Positions 27,595-41,074 of a stretch of DNA of 64,000 nucleotides are shown here, piece by piece. Position numbers and translations under genes: made by a program. Source of the stretch: the human T2T-CHM13v2.0 reference genome, Homo sapiens. Each line of letters opens with the position of its first letter. Position 1 is the stretch's first letter. The notes beneath the pieces were generated by a model, which worked only from the letters and a program-made list of their open reading frames with translations, ran no database searches and was not told the DNA's origin. Location of the stretch: assembly GCF_009914755.1 (NCBI RefSeq), contig NC_060935.1. One strand, written 5' to 3'.

Positions 27595-28177
27595 AGAGTC
27601 AGCAATAATTATAATTTATTTCATACCTAAAAGTAAAATTTTAATTCAATATTCAAATTTTACCTTAAATGGAAATTTTAATTACACTATGGCTTATCTG
27701 CAATAGCAACACAAAATACAGGAGTTAGTTATAATAACAGTCTCCTAGGACTGTTTAAAGTATTTAAACATTTTGTTTAAATGGAAGTCATTATAAATAT
27801 ACAGCAGAGGAAATCTGGTGTTCTATTATTATAACATACTTCTAAACATCTAAATATGTCATAAAACATTTGCAAAAATTTAAATGAGAATAATATTTTT
27901 CAAAAGTCTACCTATACATATTCATTATTATTTGTTGAAAAGCAGCAAATTTCAAGTTTACCACAGGAAAGAAAAATATGGTAGTGAGAGATGGCATTTA
28001 ATAAAATTCTAGAGCCTGTAGCTTGGATATTAAATACTTGCACTGTGTTTATTTTTCCAAAATGGTGGAGTATTGCATTTATTTTGTGGATGATCAATTC
28101 ATGATATGTCACTTGATGTTCACAATCCACATATTTCTGTCTGGAGCATGGTTTCCTTCAAATAGACTCCTGCTTTA
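27595..28177 (-). other. CCDC179: CCDC179 3' UTR with alternative poly(A) signals
   Basis: Minus-strand AATAAA at 28083-28078, 28053-28048 and 27620-27615. Confidence 0.6.
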
Positions 28178-28189
28178 TCAAGATGACCA
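28178..28189 (-). CDS. CCDC179: CCDC179 coding part of terminal exon 4, WSS-stop
   Basis: tttaatcttgtctag|TGG TCA TCT TGA TAA. Total 15+15+35+3 = 68 aa. Confidence 0.9.
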   Translation of the reverse strand, partial: WSS

Positions 28190-28829
28190 CTAGACAAGAT
28201 TAAAATACACAAAGAATAAGAAATTTAATTAAAATTTATATAAGGAAAGATTAGATATACTATAAATTATTTGGAAATGGTCTCATGGAAAACCTATTTC
28301 ATACAAGAAGTATTATAAAAAATAATCATTAATAGCTAGGAATGCTATTTTAAACTAAAGTAAGGTCACATTCAGATAGAAGCCAGATACAAAAATAATT
28401 ATCATCAAATAAATCATATCTGAAGATGGATATGATATAAAACAATTCTCTATAAGTCATACAACAAATACCGCAAGCAGAAAGAATTTGTAGAAACCCC
28501 GGATATCAGTTTTGAGAAAGGTCAAAGTCATTTCTATACATAATAGATGTGATAGAGATGTTAAATAAGGCTTTTATTTTCCAAGTCTTATGCTCTGTGA
28601 GTGACTAACACAGCATATTTTAGGCATCTGTTGAGTGTGTTTATGTCTGAAAATGACCCAGAATAAAGTGAGCAACAGGGACAAATAAAAGACAAGAAAA
28701 ATGAAAAAATTGCCTACATCAGTATTGGCAGAAATTTAACCTTAAAATAATATTTAAGGATAATTTTAACATTCATAAATACATATACTTAACGATATAA
28801 TTTTTAAAAGGTTTTATTATATAAAAGTT

Positions 28830-29173
<344 letters not shown>

Positions 29174-30170
29174 TTAACAACTGTGTTCTAACTTCATCGC
29201 ACGTCCTCTGTTGTACTGGGCAAAACTTATTTGTCAAATAAAGTACTTATTTGTAGGAATTCAGGCTTTTATTTTGTCCCAAAACATTTAAATTGTACAA
29301 AAACTGTTATTGCATTTTTTTCTTAAAGATTGATTTAAGCAGAAAAAAATGAGAAGAGGGCATTAGTAGGGATACTGCTTATAACAAAGCAAATTGCAAA
29401 ATGTATAAGAGATGAAAAGGTAAAATGAGAAGAATTAACAAAGATTAAAGCAGTGTTACTCTGTGGTATGGTTTCTGGTGTGTCATATTCATTATCACTT
29501 TGAGACAAGATTAATAGAGAAATTGAGAGTAAACATTTGTATTCATTTGTAACAGTTTGATACTGTGATGACATTATGAGCAATTGTCTATGTTAAAAAT
29601 TATCAATCCACAATGATTTGAAAATTAAAATGAAATGAAACAAAACAAAATTAAAGTAACTGTTTTTGACCATATTTGAGAAGGACTGAATGCCTGAGCT
29701 TAAATGGGAGATACTATACATCTAGGTCAATATATAGAAGAAAAACTAGAATACGGTTGTCACAGTAACTCTTTGTTATTGCTATTCTTTGAAAAGTGAA
29801 GAGAAACCTTTTAGTATAGTTTTTTCGAACTTTGAGCTCCTCAATGTGCTTTCTTGGAAGAAAGGTATACTTTCTCTTTTATGAGTTATCAGAGCCTTTA
29901 TAATTGCCTAATACCATTAGTAAAAAGTATCTGGATGTTCTGAAGACAATTCCAGAATTTTTGTATCAATGCAAAAGAAAACATAAGTACCAGAATGAAC
30001 TTAGGATTTTCATATTTAATATATCTTATTTTGCATATTCTTACTTATTTGTGAAACATTTCAGTTGTCTCTGCAACCTCAAACCAGTTGGTGGGATGAA
30101 TGGTATAGAACAGTTTGTAGACATTTCTTTAAAAAACATCTGGGACTTCAAGAAAAAAAGGGGGAGCTTT

Positions 30171-31317
30171 TTTCAGTTTATAGCAACTTATTTTATTTCA
30201 ATTGTTTTTGGGGGAACAGGTGGTTTTGGTTATATTCATAAGTTTTTTAGTGGTGATTTCCGAGATTTTGCTGTACCCATCAACAGACCAATATACACTA
30301 TACCCAACGTATAGTCTTTTAGCCCTCACTTTCCTCCCTTCCTTCCCCCTGTGTCTCGAAAGTCCATTATATCATTCTTATGCCTTTGCAACCTCATGGC
30401 TTAGCTCCCACTTGTAGGTGAGAAGGAGGCAGCTACATTGTCTGGGGTAGATACCCAGGGTTCGTTGTCCCGTACCAAGAACATTTAGGACACGGACACA
30501 CATGAGGAATTTAGGAGTGGAGGTTTAATAGGAGGAAGAAAGAGACTGGAAAACAGCTCTCTCTCTAGTGAGAGAGAGGAGATTCCTGAGAGGAAAGACG
30601 GGCCGGTGGTGGAGGCGACAGATTTTATAGTCAGGCTTGAGGAGGCGTCTGATTTACATAGGGCTCACAGATTGGTTCACTCAGGTATGATGTTTACATA
30701 GCATGCAGGGAAGGCTGGCCACCTCACTCTAATCTTCTTATGCAGATGAACTTACCCCTTGGCCATTGCCATCTTCTCTGCTTCTTACTATACACGTGGC
30801 TGGCAGAGAAGGGAAGATGGAGCTGTCATTTTGAACATGATTGGCACAATGGCCAGCATCTATGTCTGCAGCTCGATTTTATAGGCTGCCCTTTGTTAGA
30901 AGGAAAATGATTTGGAGCTGCTTTTCATTAAAGGGAAAACCTTAACAAGGACTTCCATACCCTTACTATCTGCCTAAGTAATTTCTTCTTAACTCCTGTA
31001 TCAAGAACACATGATATTTTATTTTCCATTCCTGAGTTTCTTCACTTAGAATAATGGTCTCCAACTTCATCCAGGTTGCTGCGAATGCCATTATTTTGTT
31101 CCATTTTATGGCTGTTCTATTTTATCCATATACCAGATTTTCTTTATCCACTGGTTGTTTGATGTGCATTTAGCCTCATTCCACATTTTTGCAATTGCAA
31201 ACTGCACTTCTATAAACATGCATGTGTAAGTGTCTTTTTAATATAACAACTTATTTCCCTCTGGGTAGATACCCAGTAGTGGGATTGCTGGATCAAATGG
31301 TAGTTCTAATTTTAGTT
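30171..31317 (-). mobile_element. 5'-truncated L1PB-type 3' end, split by an LTR
   Basis: ttcctgagtttcttcacttagaataatggtctccaa...gggtagatacccagtagtgggattgctggatcaaatgg. Approximate TSD aaaaagggg(g)agctttt on both sides. Confidence 0.88.
30425..31003 (-). mobile_element. ERV1 solo LTR (LTR19-like)
   Basis: Minus strand begins tgatacaggagttaagaagaaattacttaggcagatag. 4-bp TSD agaa at 30421-30424 and 31004-31007. Confidence 0.8.
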
Positions 31318-31608
31318 AAAAAGGGGAGCTTTTGAAATTAAAAACCTTAGATGGTTTGTTAAGGGCCAAGTCATGGAAGAAAACAAGATTGATGGTACTA
31401 GATATTGAAATGACAAAGGGATAGAAAGAGTAACCAAAATAACTGTGTGTAAATGAATCAAGAGGTACAGCGTTCAGAAATGGTGGCAATTGTCTTACAC
31501 TATAGAAAGGTAGACCCAGGAATAATTCTCTTTTCTTTCCTATATCTCAAATTATGATACTTTATACTAAGAGATAACTTGGAAGGGGAAAATATATGTT
31601 GCATAGGC

Positions 31609-31612
31609 TATA

Positions 31613-31655
<43 letters not shown>

Positions 31656-31750
31656 GAGATGGAGTCTTGCTCTGTCACCCAGGCTGGAGTGCAGTGGTGC
31701 TATCTTGGCTCACTGCAAGCTCCACCTCCCGGGTTCACGCCATTCTTCTG
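31609..31750 (-). mobile_element. 5'-truncated AluY right arm with T/(TA)n tail
   Basis: gctcactgcaagctccacctcccgggttcacgccattc; TSD tgcataggc on both sides. Confidence 0.92.
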
Positions 31751-32824
31751 TGCATAGGCATATTTTAATGCTTAAAAGAGAGACAAAGATTATGGGGTTG
31801 GGGTTATAAACACTGGTATATCAGCAAGGGAGGAGCTTTGTTGATAGTTAAGGCAAAACAATAACTGTGTATAGTTGATGGTCCTGGGTTTCTGTATGGC
31901 AATGTGTAAGTTCCCTTCATTATGCAAAAACAAATGGTAAACAAAGCCAATGGGTTGAACTTTTACTCATAATATAAATTTACTCCAAAATCTCAGAAAG
32001 GAGGAAGTTACAGAAAGATAATCCTCACAGTCTGAAAAAGGAAGGAAAGTACTTTCTTCCATGCTAATGGTACCTCTATTCTCTTCAGGGCAGCAAGGAA
32101 GTCAGTTTAATTTTTCACATCTCTAAATTTATTTGCAGCTAGGGGTGGCCAGTTAAACAATTTTGATCAAAGAAATTTAAGTGGAGCTTTCCAGTCTGAC
32201 ATATAAAGAGCTTGCAAATTGTTCCTTCCTTCCTTACAATAAGAAAAAAGCAGAACAAACTGAAAAGCAATTAATCTTGTTACATTCATCAGAGAAGTGA
32301 GGGCACAGGGCAAGCTGCTGCCCTGAAAACCAGAGAGACAGACAAGTGGATGTGGAGAATCAGAGCTTGCCAGGAACAAAATCCTTCTGCTAAGGCCAGT
32401 ACCAGTGGGAACATGTCAACTTTATCTGATGAATGGCTGGAGGCTCAGTATGCATGAGCTTTAATTAAAAACTCTGGGTGTAGAGAGGACAGTCTTAGGG
32501 AAGCTCCCATAGTTTCCTAAATTTTACCTCCAGGAGCCTCACTAGATCTCACTGTAAGGATCAGAGAACAATCTTTTTTTTTGCTTCTAGTAGTGAAAGG
32601 GGAGAAGTAATCATTTAAAAATATGTCAGAGCTCTCCGTTCTCTTTACCAGAGCATGCTCTCAAGAGAAACTATTTTAGCAGAGCCTAAATAAATTGGGT
32701 TTTACCAAATTCTAAGTGACTTAGGGGAAAGGAAATACACAACTCCTGTTCCCTATAGCTTTCCTATCTCACCTAACAGGGATGATAGCAAAGAAGAAGT
32801 TGTGAAATTTACATCCCAGGGATA

Positions 32825-33531
32825 GGAAACTGCTCTTGCAGTGAAAAATTATGACAGTAAAGACTTCTGTTCTAACCAACTCCATCTTGCCTTTCACCTC
32901 CCAGCTGCCCTTGGTTATTCCAGGGCATGGACAAAGCTAACTATAGGAGAAATTTAGTTTATAGTTTAATAATAGCCCTTCCCCAAAATTAAACCACCTT
33001 TGTAAAACTAATGAAAGGCCACAAGGTTAGGAGGATGAGAGTGGCCTGAATTCTGCTAAGATGCAGGCATAGTCAAGTGATTACCAGCCATTATTCTGGA
33101 GGTCACAAGATTTGCAACTTCCCCTATTCACTATTGTAGAAACTAGGATTGACCTTTTCACATATCTTTTCAGGCTTTTGCATTTCTGATGACCAGGCAG
33201 CCCCACATGGACCCAAGACTCTTAGCTCAACTAGTCCTGTGGTCCCCACCCAGAAGTGGACTCACCTCATGAGGAGGCATTTTCCATACCCCTGTGATTT
33301 CATTCCCAACTAACCAGCAGCCCATTCCCATAGGCCCCTGCCCACAAAACTATCCTTGAAAAAGCTTAGCCTCCAAATTTTCAGAGAGGCTGATTGGAGT
33401 AATAATAAAGCTCCAGTGTCCTGTTTAGCTGGCTCTATGTGTATTAAACTCTTTCTCTATTGCAATTCCCCTGTCTTGATAAATTGGCTCTATCTGGGTA
33501 GTGTGCAAAATGAACCCACTGGGCAGTTATA
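32825..33531 (+). mobile_element. ERV1 solo LTR (LTR8-like)
   Basis: gaaactgct..gca..aaaattatgacag...gaacccactgggcagttata. 4-bp TSD gata. Confidence 0.8.
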
Positions 33532-34305
33532 GATACAGACTCACTTAAAGACTGAATCCTAATCATAGGCTATGGAACCCTTCTTCCCCTACAACTTACC
33601 AACACATCAATTAGTCTCCTGTATATATCAGAGGATTCCAGCTTTAAAAAATTGCAAGCTTCAGATATTATTTAAGAAAGAGTCCCTAGCAAGACCAAAA
33701 ATAAGGAGGAAGACAAAACTGAATCAGGGGAAATTTTACCCTCTGATATCACAGTTACAAATAAACAGAAAATGCAGCCTAAATCTTAGTCAGATAAACA
33801 TAAAACCTACACTAAAAGCTTGTCTTCCTTAGTTTCTGTTACCCAATACATCATATCCAGCTTTCAATAAAGAACTACAAGACACACTAAAGGGCAGAAA
33901 CAATCTGAAGTGAAAAAGTAAGCACCAATCAGATCCAGACTCAGATAATAGCAGATATTTTAGAATTATCAGACTTGGAACTTACAATAATTATGACAAA
34001 TATGCTAAGTTCTAATAGAAGAAGTGGACATGATGCAAGACAAGATGGGTAATACAAGGCAAAATGGAAAATCTAAGAAGAAATCAAACTAACACTAAAA
34101 GTCTAAAATATTTTAATGGAAATGAAGCATGACATTGATGGGCTCATTAATACACTGAACTCAGAGGAAAAAAACTAATTAGCTTAAAGATATGTAAATA
34201 GAAACTTTCCAAACTAACGGTAAGGAGAAAAAAGCATAAAAATATAGAATACATTATTCAAGAACTGAGCAACAATTACAAAAAGTATAAATATGTATAA
34301 TTGGA

Positions 34306-34410
34306 AAAAAAAAGAAGGAAGGAGGAGAGGAAGAGGAAAAGGACGAAGAGGAAGAGGAAGAAGAAGAAAGAAGAAGGAAGAAGAAAGGAAGGAAGAGAAG
34401 GAGGAGAAAC
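34306..34410 (+). repeat. GA-rich low-complexity polypurine tract
   Basis: About 100 nt of almost pure purine. Confidence 0.85.
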
Positions 34411-37400
34411 AGAATAAATATTGACATAATAATAGATGAGAACCTTCTAAAGTTAATGATAGACAACAAACCACAGATTCAGAAAATTCATAAGACACAA
34501 AGCAGGATAAACACCAGATAAATGTCTACATCTAGACTTATGAAATTTAAACTGCAAAAGAATCAGACAAAAATGAAATCTTGAAAGAAGCTGGGGGAAA
34601 GTGGTAGGATAGCTTACTTAAATAGGAACATGAATAACAACAATTACATAGGATTTCTTTACAGAAATCATGCAAGCAATAAGAGAATGGAGTAAAATAT
34701 TTAAAGTGTTCAAAGAAAAAGAGCAGAAACCTAGGATTCTGTATCATGTGCAAGTATCCTTCCAAAGTGAAAGAGAACAAAAGACTTCTTCAGACAAACA
34801 AAAACAGAAGGAATATTTGTTACTAGTAGGCTTGCCCACACAGCAATAGTTAAGAAGTTTTCAGAGAAAAGGAAAATGTTGTAAGTCAGAAACTTGGACG
34901 TACTTAAAGGAAGAGCATTAGAAATGAAAAAAAAGAAGGTAAAATAAAATATTTTATCTGTCTTATTCTTAACTGATCTAAGAAATAATAATTTGTTCAA
35001 AATAATAATTGCAACAATGTATGTGTTGTTTATATTTTATGGAGAAGTGAATGACAATAATGTTATGAAGAATAAGAAAAGGGGAATGGGAATACTATGT
35101 CAAAAGGTAACTGCATTACCCATAAAGTAGTATAGTGTTATTTGAAAGTGAACTTGAACAAATTATAAATGTATAGTTCAAATGCAAAGGAAACCACTGA
35201 AAAAGTTAAAAAATAAAATAAAGCAAGTATAATTGACATGCTAAGACAGGAGAGAATATTAAATAATATGAATTGCTCAAAACTAGAGAATGCAGAAGAA
35301 GAATGGAAAAGTAAATGGCATAAATGCAAGTAAAAACAAGTCCACAACTAAAAGACAGTAACAGATAAGGCACATACTAATTCGACTATATCAATAATCA
35401 CTTCAGATGTCAATGATCTTAAAGACAAAGACTGTCAGAGTTAATACAAATACAATACACAACTGTATGTTGTTTACAAGAAACTCACTTTATAAGGGCA
35501 GATGGTGTCAAAGGGATGGAGAAAGATATACATTGCTAACAGTAACCAACAGAAAGCTGAAGTTGCATTATTAATTTCAGACAAACAAGACTTTAGAACA
35601 AGAAAAAGTATCAATGATAAAGAGGGACATTACATAATAATAATGGGGTAAAATTACATAGTAATCCTTAATGTGTTTGTTCCTAACAACAGAACGTCAA
35701 AATATGTGAGGCAAAAACTGATAAAAGTGCAAGAAGAAATAGACAAATCTGCTATCATAGCTGGAAATGTCAATTCTTTCTAACAGTAATTGACAGATCT
35801 AGCAGGCAGAAAATCTGTAAGAATGTATTTGAACTGAACAGCACCATCAGTCAGTTGGATTTAATTGACATTAATAGTTACTTTAATAACAGCAGAATAC
35901 AGTTTTCTCAAGACACATGGAACATTCACCAAGACAGATCACATTCAATGTCATTAAAATATACTTTAACAAATTTAAAAGGATAGAAATCATACAAAGT
36001 GTGTTCTCAGACCACAGTGGAGTTAAACTGGAAACCAATAACAAGAAAGATAACTGGAAATTCCTCAAATATTTGGAAATTAAGAACATACTTACAACTA
36101 GCACATAGATCGATGAAGAGGTTTCAAAAGAAATTTAGAATATTCTGAACAAAATGAAAACGAAAATATGATTTATTAAAATTTATGGGATATAGTGAAA
36201 GTGATGCTTAGAGAAATTTTATAGCATTAAATTAATATATTAGAAAAGAAGTAGCTCTTTACTCAGTAGTCTAAGATTTCACCTTAGGAAACCAGAAAAA
36301 GAAGAGCAAATTAAACCCAAAGTAAGCAGTAGAAAAGACATAAAAACTAGAGCAGAAATCTGTGAAATTGAAAACAGAATGCAATAGAGAAAATTAATGA
36401 AACCAAAATATAATTCTTTGAAAATATTAGTAAAATTGATAAACTTTTGCCAGACTAACCAAAAAAGACACAAATTACTAACATCATAAATAAGAGACCA
36501 TAACTGCCAATCCCATGAACATTAAAAGAATAATAAAAGAACATAACCAATAGCTCTATGCTCATAAACTTGAAAACTTAGATAAAACTGACTAAATCTA
36601 AAAAGGATTCAATCTACTAAAATTCACACAAGACATAGATAATCTAAATAAGGTTATTATCTATTTAAAAAATTAATTAATAATTACCAATCTTTCAAAA
36701 TAGAAAATACTAAACCCAGATGGTTTCACTGATTACCAAACATTTAAAAAAGAAACTACTAATTCTTTACAATGTCTTGCAGAAAATAGAAGCAGAGGGA
36801 ATACTTCTTGACTCATTCTGTAAGGTGAGCATTACCCTAATACCAAAACCAGAAAAAGATATTAAAAGACAGGAAAATGACAGACCAATACCTCTCATGA
36901 ACATAGATGTAAAAATTCTCAACAAAATATTAGCAAATTGATCCAAACATGTGTAAAAATAATTATACACAATCTGAGACTTATCCCAAGAATGTAAGGC
37001 TGTTTCAACATCTTAAAATTATTTAATGAAATTCATCACGTCAAAAGGCTAAAGGAGAAAAATCATATGATCATATCAACAATGTATAATAAGAATTTGA
37101 CAAAATCCAGTACCCATTTATGATAAAAGCTCTCAGTACTAGGTGTAGAGAGGGATCTCTTTCACTTCATAAGGAACATCTCTAAAATACCTAAACCTCA
37201 CATTATAGTCACTGTTAAGAAACCAGATTTTTTTCAGTTAATATTAGGAAAAAGGCAAAAATGTACCTTCTCACTTCTGTTCAACATCATAATGGAAGAC
37301 ATAGCTAATGCAGTAAGACAAGAAAAGGAAATAAATGTTATACAGTTTGAGAAGAAAGAAATAAATTGTTCTGTGTCTTCGTTCACAGACGACCTGACTA

Positions 37401-38537
37401 AGTAGAAAATCTCAAAGAATCAACAATAACAATAAAAAACAAACAAAAAACTCTTGGAAGTAATAAACAATTATAGTAAGTTTAGAGGATGTAAGTTTAA
37501 TACAGAAAATTCAATTGATTTCCTTTATGCCAGCAATGAACAATTTGAATGCAAAGTGAAAAACAGCCTCCCATTTATATTAGCAACAAAAAATAAAATA
37601 CTTAGGCATAAATCCAAGAAAATATGTATAAAATCTGGATGAGGAAAATTATAAAACTCAGGTAAAAAAGATGATCTAAATAAATAGGAGAAATTCTATG
37701 TTAATTTATAGGAAGACTCAATATTGTTAAGATATCAGTTATTTCCAAACTGATCCTTTGGATCCAGCACAATCCCAATAAAAATTCTAGCAAGTTACTT
37801 TGTAGATTTCAACAAACTGATTCTAAATTTTATATTGAAAGGGAAAAGTTCCAGAAAAGCCAACACAACATTGAGGGAAAAGAACAGAAGAGGACTGACA
37901 CTACCTGATTTCTAGACTTATTGTAAATCTATAGTTTTCGAGACAGTATGATATTGATGAAAAACAGGATTCAACGAGACAGAATAGCGAGCTCGGAAAT
38001 AAACCCACACAAATATATAGTCAATAAATCTTTGATAAGGAAGCAAAGGCAATACAATAGAGAAAAGATAGTCTTTTCAACAAATGGTACTAGAACTTGA
38101 CATCTACATGAAAATGATAATGATAATAATCTGGACACTGACACCTTTCAGTAACATTAACTCGCTATGGATCATAAACCTAAATGTAACATACACAACT
38201 GCAAAACTTCTAGGAGATAATACATAAGAGAACTAATGTGACCTTAAATTTGGCAATAAATTTTCAGATATATAGCCAAAAGATTTAAGTGATTAACCTT
38301 ATGTAGTCATCTAACATATGGCAAAACAAGAAGTGGAGTCCAGAACAACCTGGTTTCAAAGATAATCCTCTTTTCATTAAACCATATCACCTCCAGGAGA
38401 TGACAGCAGAGGATATTTAAATAATAGATGAGATAAGACTTTTAAGACTGAAATTAGAAATTTCTCAAAGAGAAAGGGAAAAAGAAAATTTATAGTGAAT
38501 ATTACATGAATTAAAATGATGATATCAGTTGCATTTA

Positions 38538-38834
<297 letters not shown>

Positions 38835-39229
38835 TCATTCAAATGTATGGTTCATAGGTGAAGAAAACCACATTGGAGCATCAGTAGGGTTTTCAAATAA
38901 GACTATTCTTGATTCTCATCTTACCACTGCATACACTTAAGTAGATCCAGACTCATGGATTAGTGTGCTTACTTTTGCTTTAAAAATAATGTTCATTAAG
39001 GACACCTAGGGAATTTTCTCTATAGAAATATGAAAACAATTATTCACTCCTTTGAAATGTTGCATGACACACATAGCTTTTTATGCCACCATTGTGTGGC
39101 GTCTACAAGTAGCAGATACCTAGGAGATCAAACTAGAATGCTTTTAAGATAATGAAATACAGTAATAGAATAGAAAGGATATGAATAACAATAACTTTTT
39201 TTATCCACTTCCAGTGAAGTATCAATTGG

Positions 39230-39915
39230 TACAATTGCTTTGAAAACCAACTTTTTAAAAAATCCACTGATAACAGAATATAAACTTGAACAATTGCTTT
39301 GAAAACAGTGTGGCACTACTTTCTAACAATAAAAAATTTGCTTTTCCTATGATTCAACCATTACACTCCTGCCTAAATAATCAAATGGCATTCTTGTGCA
39401 TGGGGCAAGAAGATGTGTACTAGAATGTTTGCAATAGTACTATTCATTTTAGGAAAATGTAAAAATAACACAATGTCCATAAACAAGAGAAAGGATTAAT
39501 GAACTGTGATATGTTCCATGACAAAATATTGAACAGCAGTGAAAATAAAGAAACTATATACAGCAATGTAGATAAATCTTAGGAAATAATATTGAGAAAA
39601 AAGAGTAAATCATACACTAAATTTTGTGTGATCCTATGTTTATAAAGTTCAAAACCAAGCAAAAGCAAATAGTGCACTTATAGAGACACCTATGTAACAA
39701 ACTATTAAAGAAGAGGAAGAGATTGATGTAGCTAAAATTCAAGATGGAGGTTACCTCTGGGAGAGACCTTAGGAGGTAGAATAGAAAAGCATTCCCTAGC
39801 TGGATTCAGAAATACCTAATATTTTAATCCTTAAATGGGAGGCATATTGTAATTTATAAATTATATCTGCCACATCTATTTTTGTATATGTGTCAAATGT
39901 TACATTAAAAAATAA
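39230..39915 (+). mobile_element. L1ME-type 3' fragment in CCDC179 intron 2
   Basis: ctttgaaaacagtgtggca...caaccattacactcct...gtttataaagttcaaaa. Confidence 0.65.
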
Positions 39916-40104
39916 CATAAGCCATTTAGTTTACCCTAGTTAAGACCCATTCCAATAGTAGTCATTAGATCCCAGAGTCCCAAGAAATATACTGAAGTGT
40001 CTACTTAATACAAGTTCTATTATGTTAGGGACCACTACATAAAGGAACAAGTTACAAGCACAATGTTTAAACAACCAGAACCTAGTTCTTTATTTAAACA
40101 TTAC

Positions 40105-40149
40105 CTGCCGCTCAGTGACCTCTGAAGGATGATGTTGTCTTGGTCCTTC
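40105..40149 (-). CDS. CCDC179: CCDC179 coding exon 2, EGPRQHHPSEVTERQ
   Basis: tttattatatag|GAA GGA CCA AGA ... CGG CAG|gtaatg. 45 nt, phase 0/0. Confidence 0.9.
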
Positions 40150-41029
40150 CTATATAATAAACAAAATTAAAACACATTCACACAAAAAAGTCATTAAAAA
40201 CAGTAAATTAATTATTATAATAGGAAGCCTATGCTACTTTTAAATTTATGTATTATATGAATCATTTCAACTATAAGAAGCAGGTTAAAAAAACAAAAAG
40301 AAAAAAGTCAAGTTCAGAATAAAAACATCTAAGATAAAAATTGTGGTGGAAGATGGAGACGATATTATGATAAAAAAGAACCAGCTGTGAACCACCTTAC
40401 AGATAAAAGGCAGAGTATAGAGATATATTCGGGAGGGAAAGAATGTACGAGAAATCGAAAAATGCATGTTTCTGCTTCTACAGGACTTCAGTGGTGCTAT
40501 TGAGCAATCTAGTCTTCAATCTGGTTTCAAAGCCTAGGAGTAATTGGTGATGTGATTGAGATCGTATGGTTTTCTGAAGCACAGGGAGCTTGGCTGTTAG
40601 TTTTCGAGATTCTCACCACTTCCTCTATTTCTTGATTGTACCTTAAATAACTCCTCCTTCACTCGTTTTGATCCAATCTTTTAACCAGAAGACCCAAGAG
40701 CAATCTGTTCCACATCTGGCAATTGAGAACTTTATCCTGCTCCCTACTTCTGTAATTTCCACTCCACCTCCTAGGGCAGGCCAATGGGGCAGTCAACATA
40801 CAGGTGATGTACCTGACCCCTAAGCACACAGTGGGTGGAGCTTTTTCTTGTTTCAGAGGGGTCCAGCAGTCAGGATGTAGTCTGTCTACATCACCTGGAA
40901 TTTCCCAACCCCCAGCACCAAACCACATTTACAAGAGTTAGAAGCACCATGGCCAAGGCCACAGTGGCCTGGAGCTCAAGGCACAGGACAGAGTGGCAGA
41001 GTTGAGGTTGTAGGCCCCAGCAGACTCAC

Positions 41030-41074
41030 AGGGTTGACTTGGGAAGGCTCGATGTCCCAGCAATACAGGCACAT
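41030..41074 (-). CDS. CCDC179: CCDC179 coding exon 1, MCLYCWDIEPSQVNP
   Basis: cacggcATG TGC CTG TAT TGC TGG ... AAC CCT|gtgagt. 45 nt, phase 0, G at -3. Confidence 0.9.

Larger units (their letters stand above)
32190..38290 (+). mobile_element. Large old L1M (5' region, ORF1 and ORF2 remnants), antisense to CCDC179 intron 3
   Basis: ORF2-like peptides IEIIQSVFSDHSGVKLE (35917..) and [40 protein letters not shown] (36720..). Many stops. Confidence 0.92.

Noticed and set aside
35917-37642. ORF2-like peptides as an active LINE-1
   Set aside because: Heavily interrupted by stops and frameshifts; an old L1M fossil.
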